From the NCBI RefSeq assembly GCF_001194135.2, contig NC_068999.1:24166982-24230981 (forward strand): a DNA stretch of 64,000 nt. The letters are read 5' to 3'. The notes below the pieces were generated by a model. It worked only from the letters and a program-made list of their open reading frames with translations. It had not been told where the DNA came from and made no database searches. Positions within the stretch are counted from its first letter, which is position 1. Each line of letters opens with the position of its first letter. The stretch is from Octopus bimaculoides (Eukaryota). The translations under genes were made by a program, and so were the position numbers. This document shows, in pieces, positions 13,311-25,250 of the stretch.

Positions 13311-15140
13311 ATGGTGGCGGAGAAGAATCGAGTTATGAAATATAAACCTATATCAGGTTGACTACATGAACATTTTGGATTAATATTGTTGGCTGATAGT
13401 AATATTAAAACTGCCGATAATGTTTATTGCATCCATTGCGACAAATCGTTCACATAACATGGATCTAACACATCGATTACTTACCACCTTCAAAACAAAC
13501 ACTTGCTAAAGTATTTGAAACCTCAGCTCGCAAAGTCAGCTTCATTTAGTCAGTCTACAGTGGCGGTGTCATCTACCTCCAAGCAGACTACTTTGAGTCA
13601 GTTTTATCGTCGGTCTGATCATCCGGTGAATGTTACCCTACAACGTGACATTAAAATATCACTTGCAAACTGGATAGCTAATAATAGTAGACCAATATCG
13701 ACAGTAAAAGATGATGGTCTTCAGCAAGTATTGCGTACAGCGCTTCAAATTACAGAATATAAACTACCTTGTCGGCGCACTACTGATAAAGTGTTGGCTG
13801 ATATTTATAACAGCAGAAGAGAAAGTTTTTTATAAGCAGTGAAAATTTCAAAGGCAATTGCGCTAGCGTCTGATTTTTGGACACCCCTAGGTAATGAAAG
13901 TTATTGCGGAATCACCAGCCATCGGATTGCTGATGACTGGAATTTAATAAGTGTTATTCTTGAATGTGTGCATGTTGTTGAACGTCACTATTCTAACAAT
14001 GTTGCTGAGTTATATAAAAAAATTGTAAAAGACTGGGATATAACAAAGAAGATTCAGGTTCTAGTAACAGAAATTGCACAAAATTTAGTTTCAGCTATTA
14101 ATCAAACTGGTTTTGCTCATATTCCGTGTTTGGCTCATAACCTGCTGTTGAGCATATTGCACAGGTTTAGAGCTGCGAATACAGAAACATTGTTTGTTAA
14201 ATGTCGAAAAATCATAGGACATTTTAAACATAGCCCTATCCACACAACTGAATTGCAGAATTGTAGTGATTCACCATTTCGTAAGCTACAGCAAGATGTT
14301 CCAACAAGATGTAACAGTACTTTTCTAATGCTGAAGAGTCTGCTACAGACCAGAAAAGCAATAATCATCTACATGTCAGATGAAGAAAAGCAATATAAAA
14401 GTCCCAAACTGTTTGATTCTGATTGGGAAAAGATTTCAAAATACATCAATGTTTTAGACTTAGTCTGTCAGGCTATGGTCCTGCTTGGTGGTGAAAAATA
14501 TGTGTCATGTAGCTGTGTATTGCCCCTGTTATTGTCTTTGACAAAGCACATGACTGCAAATGAGGATGATCCAAGTTATATAGCCAGATTCAAGGCAGCA
14601 TCTGTTTATGACATGAGAAGTATTGAAATATTACAGATTGCAACAGCACTTGATCCACGATATAAAAACTTGAAGTGTTTATCAGACGATTCCAAAGAAC
14701 AAACTTGGTTACTTATTGGACAGCAAATAGCAGCTGATGTTAATGATGATCGGTTGAAGACTAATGCACAAGATGATACTGACAGTGTCAGTAAAACTAT
14801 ATGCGAACCGAATGAGAAGCGTATTAAGCTGAAGGAGTCTGACTCAGACTTAGAAGAGGATGTCGAAAACGCTTCAGATGAAGTACAGTGATATAAAATG
14901 GAGAAAAAGTTGCTGAATCAGTTGATCCACTACAATGGTGGAAACTTAATGAACATTGATATCCGAAATTGGCATTTTTTGCCAAGACTGTTCTATGCAT
15001 ACCAGCTACCTCGGTTCCATGTGAACGATTATTTAGCTCTATTGGTTACATTGTTAACAAGATGCGCTCATCACTTGAACCAAATACTGTTAACATGCTT
15101 GTGTGTTTGCGTAACAGGTTATCCAACAACATTTAAGTAA
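13311..15140 (+). mobile_element. hAT-superfamily DNA transposase (ZBED1/Ac-like), disrupted
   Basis: BED zinc finger CIHCDKSFT*HGSNTSITYHLQNKH, catalytic region SDFWT..., CLAHNLLL, DVPTRCNST, ALDPRYK, and C-terminal dimerisation motif IPATSVPCERLFSS. A few stops and a frameshift near 14900. AT-rich gattaa-like subterminal repeats run into the gap at 15266. Confidence 0.92.
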
Positions 15141-15960
15141 GAAAACGCCTATGCTATTTCTTGTTTTTAACTGAGTTTTAATTGAAATATCATAAACTTG
15201 TCAATAAATGCAACTGCAGACATTTTTGTGTTTTAATCGAAATTAACTATTAATTAATTGTTAATNNNNNNNNNNNNNNNNNNNNNNNNNNNNNNNNNNN
15301 NNNNNNNNNNNNNNNNNNNNNNNNNNNNNNNNNNNNNNNNNNNNNNNNNNNNNNNNNNNNNNNNNNNNNNNNNNNNNNNNNNNNNNNNNNNNNNNNNNNN
15401 NNNNNNNNNNNNNNNNNNNNNNNNNNNNNNNNNNNNNNNNNNNNNNNNNNNNNNNNNNNNNNNNNNNNNNNNNNNNNNNNNNNNNNNNNNNNNNNNNNNN
15501 NNNNNNNNNNNNNNNNNNNNNNNNNNNNNNNNNNNNNNNNNNNNNNNNNNNNNNNNNNNNNNNNNNNNNNNNNNNNNNNNNNNNNNNNNNNNNNNNNNNN
15601 NNNNNNNNNNNNNNNNNNNNNNNNNNNNNNNNNNNNNNNNNGTATATATATGTATGTACACACACATAAGCATAAAAGTTTGTTAGTTTGCTTTGAAATG
15701 TTATCTTCTCTCAAAGAGAAGATAACATTTCAATAAATTTGGCATGAATGTCCTGGTGTATCACAAAATAATCCATACAGTAAAAAATCTCAGCTTGAAG
15801 GTCTCCTTGGGATAGAATGTTGAGAAGTCAAGAAAGATGATGTAGAAAGACTGAAAGTTCTCATGGAACTGCAATGAAAGAAAAAATAAAAATTTAGAAG
15901 TTGAGTAGGAGTGTTAATGGGTACAATAACATTCTTAAATATACCAAGTTTTAGAATATA

Positions 15961-17193
15961 TTGGGTCATCCCATAAATAATGCAGTTTTTTCAATTGCAT
16001 GAACTAAAAGTTGGAAGGGGACATGATAAACTACCGGCATCAGCTTACCACATTGTGCTTATTCTTAGCGTGCAGATTTTGAAGGTTGCAGTTCAATTTT
16101 AACAGTTATTTTTTCAAAGCTGTGATGGAAGTGACAACAGAGCATATTCAGCATATTTTGCTTTATGAGTTCAATAAAGGCAACAAAACAAAGTGGAAGT
16201 GCGAGGAATATTATTGCAGTATATGTGAATCGGACAATAAGCTTAAGTTAGTGTCAGCAGTGGTTCTAAAAATTCCAAACCGGAAACTACAGCCTAGAAG
16301 TCAAGCCTCATCCCAGAAGATCTGTAGAGCTTGACAAGGACGTCCTGCAAACCCTGGTGGAACAAAATCCTATCATAACTGTTGAGGAACTAGCAGAGAA
16401 GTTTCGTTTTGGTCATTCAACCATTCATTGGCAGCTGTGTGGCATCAGAAAAGTCAGGAAATTGTGTCAGTGGGTTCCTCACTAACTTTCCGTGACTAAT
16501 CATGCACAGAGAGTGAATGTTTACTGCCATGTCTCACAAATGAACCTTTTTTGGACTGAATAGTGACTGGTGATGAGAAATGGGTTCTCTATAAAAATGT
16601 CAAGTGCTGAAGACAGTGGGTAGGGAAAGGAGAAACACTAGCACCCCAGGCTAAAGAAGGCCTTCACCCACCTAAGGTGTTGTTATCTGTTTGGTGGGAT
16701 ATGAAAGGTTTAGTTCACTTTGAACTTTTAACCCAAACCAAATCACATCAAAGCTGATCTACTGTGAGCAGCTTAAGTCATTGTTAGAAGAAAAACGATC
16801 ATCTTTGGTTTCAAGACGAAAGATGCACTTCCATCAGGATAATGTTTGGCTACATACTACAAAGATGACATTCCAAAGGCTGGAGCAGTTTGAATAGGAA
16901 ACGATGCCCAACCCACTATATTTGTCAGACATTGCACCATCTGATTATCATTTATTCTGCAGTCTTCAAAATCATTTGGATAGAAAAAATATGAATTCTA
17001 TAGATGAGGTCAGAACAGTACTGGAAGAGTATTTTTCATCACAGACAAGTAAGTTTTGGAAGAGTGGCCTTGCAAGTCTACCAGATAGATGGAAGAGCAT
17101 TGTAGGAAATGAAGGAGAGTATATTTTAGATTAAAAAAGAACTTTATCTTAATTTTGAAAAATAAAACCTGCATTATTAATGGGATGACCCAA
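15961..17193 (+). mobile_element. Full-length mariner (DD34D) element, transposase pseudogene 16125-17134
   Basis: TIRs ttgggtcatcccataaataatgcag / ctgcattattaatgggatgacccaa flanked by TA. Motifs WVPH, VTGDEKWVLY, HQDN and YLSDIAPSDYHLF with 34 residues between the second and third D. Several stops and frameshifts. Confidence 0.95.
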
Positions 17194-17711
17194 TATTTAT
17201 TTTCTTTTGTTGTTATTTTGGTATCAGTAAATGGACTGCTGCCTCAAAGCATTTAGTCAGTAATATCAAATGCAGTATTTATAGTTTTAAGTCTGATAGT
17301 TTCTTTTTTTTATTGAAATCTATTTATTTGTTCAACTGCTGAGTTGTAGGACAAACAACACCAGTTTTTAAGCAATGTCAGTATAAAGAAAAACATAGAA
17401 ACTGACACACATGCATGCATGCTTTCATGCAAGCCTGCACAGATGCATACATGCATGTACACATGGATGGATGCATATGTGTATGTACACACACACACAC
17501 ACTAAAGTAATAGCTTCTGCACAATTTTTATCTATCAAATTTCATTCACAAGACACTGGTCAGTCTGGGGCTTCTAGAAGACACATGCCCAACATGGTAC
17601 GTAGGCTGACCAAACTCAAAATGTGATTACCTAGAGAAGGTTTTAGTCACAAAGAGATGCCTTGGTAAGAATTCAAATTTCATAGCAGCTGATTTGATGT
17701 ACAATCTCAGA

Positions 17712-17990
17712 AATAATATTTGTCCCCACTTAAATGTGGATGTTCTATTAGAACAAACTTTACTGCAGTAGTTACCATGAGAAAAACTCTCATATTGGCT
17801 TTTTGGGGCAAAATACACTCTTGTTTATATCTTGATTTATCTCCCCACTAGCACACATTTTGCACCAAAAGCCAATATGAGAATTTCTTTCATGGTAACC
17901 ACTACAGTAAATTTGTTCTAACAAAACACCCACGTTTAAGTGGGGATAAATATTACCTCTCAGTAATAATACTGTCTCTGTCACTAATAT
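17712..17990. repeat. Same repeat unit as 3216/3570, here as an inverted pair
   Basis: 17712-17830 is the reverse orientation and 17858-17990 the forward orientation. Confidence 0.8.
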
Positions 17991-18143
17991 ATAATCTTAG
18001 AAATGGGTAACTTGGAGTAACAATGAAGTGGAGCTTTTGCTTCCAATGATACACACACACACACCTCAGCTCAATGGTTACATTCCACTGCAGCATTAAC
18101 ACACCAATATAATAGGGAATATATGTATATATATTCGGGTTCG

Positions 18144-18203
18144 GCTGGTCTACATTGATAAGGGGCAAACACCCTGAAACTAGTCTGTAGATGCCTGACC
18201 AGC
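18144..18203 (+). ncRNA. Type I minimal hammerhead ribozyme motif (Penelope/retrozyme type) with U3-A8 core variant
   Basis: Layout GCUGGU-CUACA [UUGAUAA] GGGG-caaaca-CCCU [GAAA] C-UA-G [UC cleavage] UGUAG-augccug-ACCAGC. Stem I is CUACA/UGUAG, extended by GCUGGU/ACCAGC across a bulge. Stem II has 4 bp, stem III is the palindrome ACUAGU, and the GUC site ends at 18185. Confidence 0.7.
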
Positions 18204-18279
18204 AAGGGGAAACAGCTGACCTGCCCTGTTCGAAGGTTATAATGGACACAGGTTCGTGTGTCACATAGCTAGCTAGAGG

Positions 18280-18349
18280 CAATGGCCTCTTGGAGCTAAT
18301 CAATGGCCTCTTGGAGCTAATCAATGGCCTCTTGGAGCTAATCAATGGC
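18280..18349. repeat. 21-bp tandem repeat, 3.3 copies
   Basis: caatggcctcttggagctaat x3 identical copies, plus caatggc. Confidence 0.95.
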
Positions 18350-20419
18350 AGCATTCGTCCTATTTTTTAGACTGCCATGTTGGCTTGGTGATAACTATTA
18401 ATATATATATATATATATATATATATCAAAATATTCCCTATTATATAAAAAAAAAACTCTTTTGATACTTGACATAACACTATGATGGTTTGTCCTAAAA
18501 ATTATAATTGTAATATGTGAAAATCTTTCACATCTGTATTCTACCTGTTTTCAACTCTGTCACTGGTCATGTATCTCCATATCTTTACTTATTTCTTACT
18601 CTTCCAAAGCATCAGGTAACTCAATCTCTTTGCCTAACAGTTCTACTGGATTCGTTCCTTCCTGAAAAAAAAAAAAAAAATAACATACCTTTCTTGTGAA
18701 CTACATAAGAAAATTTCACTGGTAGCATCTGCTGTGTGATATTTTTCTTTTTTTCGGATTCACAATTGTGTATCGCTTTTCAGTCAATCAGCAGCAGAGA
18801 TAACATTCATATCTTTATCCTGAAGAATAGCGTGTAAAAAGGTAGTATTCTGGGGAGGAAAAAAAAACTGTTGCATTCTAGCTAATCGCTGAGTTGGAGT
18901 CAACAATATTTATAAGTCTGATATAAAGTGGTTAGAAGTGTTTTATGTAACTGTTGCCTCACTGAAATTTGGTTGCTTATGTACATTTTAAGCAACCACT
19001 ACAACATTGCAGATGTGTTTCTCTTCCATGGTTGTAAAATCAATATATTTTATCTGTAGAGTATGTAGATCATATTCATTTTGCAGAGTGCTTGATATGT
19101 CTAGGCTACTCAATTTCTTTCATATATCTTTGTAACTATTTTACTTTAAGTTTTAATCAGTGGTTAACAAATCATATAATCTATTTATTTAATTTAAAAA
19201 TTGAAAAGCACAATATTATGCACCAATTCATGTTTGAAACTTGTATATAGTATACATATTTTGAACTTAGATATAATTAGTTGTAATTTGCGATATAGTT
19301 TACTTAATTCAAATATCAGTGACCCAGTAGATGAAAGTGTTAATCCTTAGTTTAGAAATAAAGATTCCCAGTTTGAAGTTCATCTAGTCCTAAATACACT
19401 CCTAGGAATAAGGTACTTGACTATTGGGAATCAAATTCATAAAAAATGCATATTAAGACACTTTTCGTCTCCAAAGATGGGGTTAATAATGTGAAAATTT
19501 ATAATCTTATTACCAACTTATCTTGCTTGTTCAATTAGTTAATCATCTATGATATATTTGTTACTTTTGATTTTTTTTATGTGAAGGGATTGGATTTTAA
19601 CTTAAAGTTTGCATGAGTACTATTGGCTTAGGAACATGCAATAGATGATGATGTATTCAGTGAACTGAGCTGGCTTCTTTAGGATGCAATATTTTAGCAA
19701 ATCTAATTTATTTTCGCACTATGTTACCAAACAGATTTAATACCTTCCTGTCTAACATGAAACTATTATTCATTTTTTCATTGGCAGGGGAGAGGGTGAA
19801 TTGATGAATACATCTGAAGTTTTTAATAATTTTCAGAGTTCCTTTTTTGTATAGTTTGCTGAGTGCATGTTTGTGAATTTGTTTACATGAAAAGATGCAT
19901 TACACTTTGATGCAAAAGATTATGCACCAAAGGAAATAGAATTTTGAAACAGCAATGCCTATTACTTTAAAATATAGGCAAAAAAAAAGTATTGATATTC
20001 TAGAAACGGCTGTGCTGGAAAGAGACAGAAAAGTAAAGTGAAAGAGAAAGACAAAGAGGGAAAAACTAAGATTCTCTCTTGTCCAGCCAACAGCTTTTAA
20101 AGTAAAGAATCACATAAAATTGTCTAATATTGATGCCACTGTAAGTTGTAACTGCTCATATTTTAACCAGTGAGCATGTCTTCCAGCAGAGGAAAAATAT
20201 GATGACATTTCTCTTACAAAAAGTCCAACTTGGAAGAAGCTTATTACAGATTGAAAAAGGTCATAGTTCTAATCTATTCATTTTAATCTGTTCCAGTGAC
20301 CACAGCTGTCTTGATTCTGACTTACCTGCATCTCCATTCAAATTCCTTTTCCTTTTGAGTTGATATCCTCTCAGTGTTGATATCATGTCCTTAAGAGATG
20401 TAGTAGGTCTAACATAGTG

Positions 20420-20760
20420 AAGGCGCATGACTCAATGGTTAGAGTGTCAGACTCACAATCATGAAGTAGTAAGTTCAATTCCTGGACTGGGCTATGTATT
20501 GTGTTCTTGAGCAAGACACTTTATTTCATGTTACTCCAGTTCACTCAGCTGTAGAAATGAGTTGTGACATCATCAGTGCCAAGCTGTATTGGCCTTTGCC
20601 TTTCCCTTAGATAACATTGGTGGTATGGAGCGGGGAAGCTGGTACGCATGGGTGACTGCTGGTCTTTCATAAACAACCTTGCTCGGACTTGTGTCTCGGA
20701 GGGGAACTTTCAAGGTGCAATTTCATGGTCATTCATGACTGAAGGGTGGGGTGGGGGTCT
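20420..20760 (+). mobile_element. tRNA-headed SINE with gtgttcttgagcaagacacttt central domain (V/Meta-like)
   Basis: A/B boxes caatggttagagtg / gttcaattcc followed by the conserved core. A related diverged copy lies at 28210-28510. Confidence 0.65.
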
Positions 20761-21559
20761 TTTATGTCTAACATATCTCACAGTATGGACCTCAAGTGTC
20801 TTGTATCAGAGTTCATATTGCTGCAATCATTTGAACTAGAAGCCCTCTTTCCCCCCAACATTTTTTCCAACAAATATTGACCTGTAGATGACATTATAGA
20901 CCTAGACATTAGCCATATCAATCTCCCCCCATCCCCGCCTTAGAGAGCCTGCAAAGATCATGGATACTGATCCTCCACCTCCTTTGGATAAATCAAAAAA
21001 AAAAAAAAAGAAGAAATTTGTTTAGTCTACTGCAGGTATTTCATTGCCTTGGGAAAATACCTATGTGTCTACTTCTTTATCTCAGTACACCTGATTGCTA
21101 AGAATAGGTGCCACATCAGTAGGAAATGTTACCTGTGATAGAATAACTTTCTACTCAAGGAGTGTATTTATTTGTCATTTTCTTAATGGTGGCCTTTAAG
21201 TGCCTCAAAGCTTGAGAGGATTTATATGGAGCTATTTTTTTCAGTAATATCAGGTTAATGTAAAAAAATATGGCTATATTGCAGAAAATTCTTACTTTAA
21301 ACTGTAAAAATGATGATAATGCCTATATTTCCTTTCTGAAGTCAATATGCATGTTTATTCTCGAATGCTTCACAATTGTCACAAAATTGAATAACATATA
21401 AATATTTGTGCATTTGCCTTGATAATAACATTTTCAGGAGACTTATGCTTTATATTCCTGGAATATGTAGATAATGATATTTATTCTTTTGTATTCCTGG
21501 ATGTGTACATAATATGTGACTGGATTTGAATGAGAAGCCTTTATTTCTAAGCTAAAACA

Positions 21560-21920
21560 TGACATTCTTAGCCATTATCATATTCTTATCACTGAGACAT
21601 CTGTCTTTTTTTTTCTGAAGCATTACCATCCTAAAGGGACCGAGATTTCCTTTCCATATCACACACTGCTTCACCTGCATCTCCAAAAAAAATGTCATTT
21701 GCTGCATTAGATGCCAACTCCATTGCATAGTGTGTATAAGTAAAAAGGGGTGGTCAGAAAGTGATTGATTCTTTTAGAAAACATTTGTTGGTCATCCAAC
21801 ACAAGAACACTGGATCACCAAGACCCGTGAACCAACACTTCAGTTCTCTAGATCACTTTACTGTTTTTTGCTATGGCATTATACAACACCATGAATCTCT
21901 CATTTTCTCAGCTTTGTAAT
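21560..21920 (+). mobile_element. Penelope-like element GIY-YIG endonuclease fragment
   Basis: Degenerate translation HCFTCISKKNVICCIRCQLHCIVCI... then, after a frameshift, RKHLLVIQHKNTGSPRPVNQHFSSLDH, matching the PLE pattern FTC.S.NVIYCI.C...LYIGET...EH...PVA.HF. Confidence 0.65.
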
Positions 21921-24089
21921 GAACACCAGTTTATTTTTGCTTTAATTCTGCTGTCCCTGCCACTATCGGTAACTGAATTGCTTTCCTCCTAACATTCCTA
22001 TCTACTGGTAAACACTTACACTTCACTCTGCTCAAATGTACTTCTGTCCTCCTCTGACAAAACACAGTAAGTCAAAAAACAAGAAACTGAGATAACTGTC
22101 AAAAAAAAAAAAAAAAAAAGCTGAAAAATTATTCTAATTTTTTCAACTTACCAAGATTATACCTCTAGGGTGTATGAGGTATGGGCCAAGGAATTCAAAT
22201 ATCCATTTTCCAATAAAATACAGTAAGTCAACTTACTATGTATTGTTGATGGACAGCTGAATTCACTGACTCTTTTTCTACCCACACATCCACCACACAC
22301 CCATTCCTACTTATTATCAAGTCTTACACTTACCACCCACACAATATCACACCTTACACAGACAATCTTGTTAACACCCTTGGTTATCTATTTACTCCCT
22401 CTGCACGTATATACATCTACTATGTTTCACTTTACTATTTTCTCCCACACTCTATTTCACTTACTGCATGTTCTTTCTTTACTACTGACAAAACACGTTA
22501 CTCTCTGTCTGCTTTTACAGTATATATATCTAAAATAATTTTGTTGTGTCTGTTGAGAATCATACTGCCTTAATGCCTAACACACTCACCAGTTCAATTT
22601 CTGCTCATTTATTATTTATATTTTTTTCCCCAAAATTTTTGTTGCTTTTGCAACTTTAGCTTTTTCTTCTTTCCCATTTATTTTTTTTATCTGTTCTTCT
22701 TCCTTTGATTTTAACAAAGGCCAAATCTCCAAATGAGTGTGGTTTACTATCCTTTCCTTTCCTCCACAGCATTTTACACACTGACTTTGTACTCTTGTTC
22801 ATATTTTTTGTTGTTCTAGCAGCCTTCTAATTACAAATTTTATTATCCCTATTTCAGAAATAGAGGTTCTTAGTTCAAAATCAGTCTGAGACTATGTACA
22901 CATCCAGAAATAAAACTGTTTATGATGATCAGAGATCAAACCAATAAATGACGTTAATAGTCTGGGAAATTATTATCTTACAAATAACAACTCCTCTCAG
23001 ACATGCAGATGGCTGTTTAGTGTTATTTTAGTCATAGCAATATCAAACAGATTATATTGCAATTGGTGTTAGTCCAAAGTAGAAAGGACAATGCATTGTA
23101 TAGTTAAATATTCATATATATTTCCATTGTCTTATCATATGCAGCCTATATCTGTGAAACAGACATAGGTTGTATGTGTGATATGCAACTTGGGTGGCGC
23201 AAGAATTGAAAATCTTTTGTCTATGATGTCTGTGTTAAATATTTCATATCATTAGTTTTAACAAGTCATTGTAAAATTTCTGCTTAAAACCAGTTTATAC
23301 AAAATACTGGATATCATGACTATGTATAGACTTCTTGCTTTCTTTTTTCGTGTATACAAAATCAGCAGCATTGAATACCGTATTGCAATAGATGACATTG
23401 AGGGAAATTAAAATAAAGAAAAACCAAAACAAACATGACAAGGCAATCCTGAGAAGACTTACATGACATTGACATGGCAAAAAGCTGAAAAGAATGCTGA
23501 TAATTGTTTGTACTGTAAACAACTTGATGCTTGATTTAAACAGCTGTATGGGAGAATTAAACGCTAATCTTAATGATTTCCCTAAAGCTACTACTCAATT
23601 GTAAAGTATGGAAGATACTTGCAGTTTTAAAAGACAGACTGAATAAACTGTAATGAAATTTTAACCCTCAACTTTTAACTAGTCAGTTATTCTGTTCTTG
23701 TTATAAATAATTTGTGGTTCTTGTCTGTAATTCTAGTTTCTATAGCATTATGCATATGAGAAATAGTTCTTTATTTGTCTTTTTTATTGCATTTAAATTT
23801 ATTTCTCAGAAAGACATGATATTTAAATGTCTAGTGTTTAACTAATGATGTACCATGCATCAGTAGTCTATTGTATAGAAATATTATTACTGTTATCTTA
23901 GAAATAAAAGTTCTGAACTTCAATCCAGTCTTGTACTATATATGTTATCCAGGATAACAATCAGAAATAAAATTTACTAAAGTGTAGTGTAAATCTTGTA
24001 GTTATTTTTCAGAGAGGAAATCTGAATTAAATAGAATAAAATTAATTTCATCACATGAATAAGCTAATGTGAAAAAACAGACTGTCTAT

Positions 24090-25250
24090 AAGATAATCAG
24101 AAAAGATCACCAGTAATTGTGAGGCCCAGCCTTTCTAAGAACTTTGAGGGCTTTAATTCAGGATCCAAGACTAAAGAGAATGAGATACAGGATTGTTTCC
24201 TTGATATAAGCAGCGATTGTGTGTTTGTTAATGTTGAAGGAGACAAGGCTGCCATTTTCACATTGAAGAATATTTTTGAGATCACTCTTCATGGTGCAAA
24301 TTTATATGAGCTGCCTCAGTCATTTGTGAATGATACTTGTGTGAAGAAGATTAAAGAGTGACAAGTAGCATCACCAGCATAGAAATGGGAGTTGTTGGAG
24401 ATGACAGCAAGTATGTCATTTATGTATGCTGTGTTGGTGTGATCTGAAATAAAACTTCCAGTCAAGAAATAAGATGAAGTTTAACCAGGACATTCTTGTG
24501 TCAAGTACAATCAAATGATTGTTTTATTCTTTTCGCTTTATTTCTCAAGGGCAAGGAGAACAGGGAACAGGTCCCTATAGATAAAGAAGCTCCAGTGGTA
24601 GTCACTGAGGAGCAATAGATAGATAGGGAGGAGAGAGAGAGGGAGAGATAAAGAGAGAGAGAGAGACAGACAGACAGAGATGTTGAAAGTGAGAGCAATA
24701 GATTGATAATTGTCAGTGTCAGAAAGTTTGCCTTTCATGGAAATGGAATATGCAAAGATCTAAATGTAACTCTAGGAAACAGATTAAGAAGTTTAGTGAT
24801 GATAAAGTTCAACTGAGAGTGCATGTTTGAGGATGATTGAAAGGATATTGTCAGAGTTAGTTGCTTTGAAATAATTGGAAGTGTTTTACATTTCTTGTTG
24901 TGGACGTGGTAGGACTGGTGGATTGGGAAAGGAAAACTTAGGAGTTTTGCTGAGTTGTATGCAATGTGAAGTCAGATGCAAAGTGGTCAGCAATGGGGAA
25001 AGCTTTCTTTGTGGGAGTACAGTTTACGAAAAGTTTTATCTGCAGTTCTGGAGGCAAGAGAGCTTGTAGAGTGTGCAATGCATAAAATTATCATTTGTTA
25101 TCAGTAGTCTTGCAGGAGTTGTAGTTAGGTGTAAATGCTATCCTGTTGATAGATGTGAAGTATTTTTTTGAAAGTGATGATAACATCTTGTCTTCACTGA
25201 ATACATGCCTCTACTGTTGTTGCACAATGACATGTGAACCACTTGGTAGA
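24090..25250 (-). mobile_element. LINE reverse-transcriptase fragment (CR1/L2/Jockey group)
   Basis: Minus-strand KGKLSDTDNYQSIALT (cf. P.NYRPISLT) and NTQSLLISRK...LGLTITGDLF (cf. FN..KTQ.L.ISRK...LG.TI..DL.W). Interrupted by a GA microsatellite. Confidence 0.6.

Larger units (their letters stand above)
18107..18446. mobile_element. ~340-bp non-autonomous element carrying the hammerhead, with 16-bp terminal inverted repeats
   Basis: atataatagggaatat (18107-18122) is the perfect reverse complement of atattccctattatat (18431-18446). The interior is GC-richer than the flanks and contains the hammerhead and a 21-bp tandem array. Confidence 0.5.

Noticed and set aside
24119-24361. 80-aa + strand ORF that looks globular
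   Set aside because: It is antisense to LINE reverse-transcriptase motifs on the minus strand.
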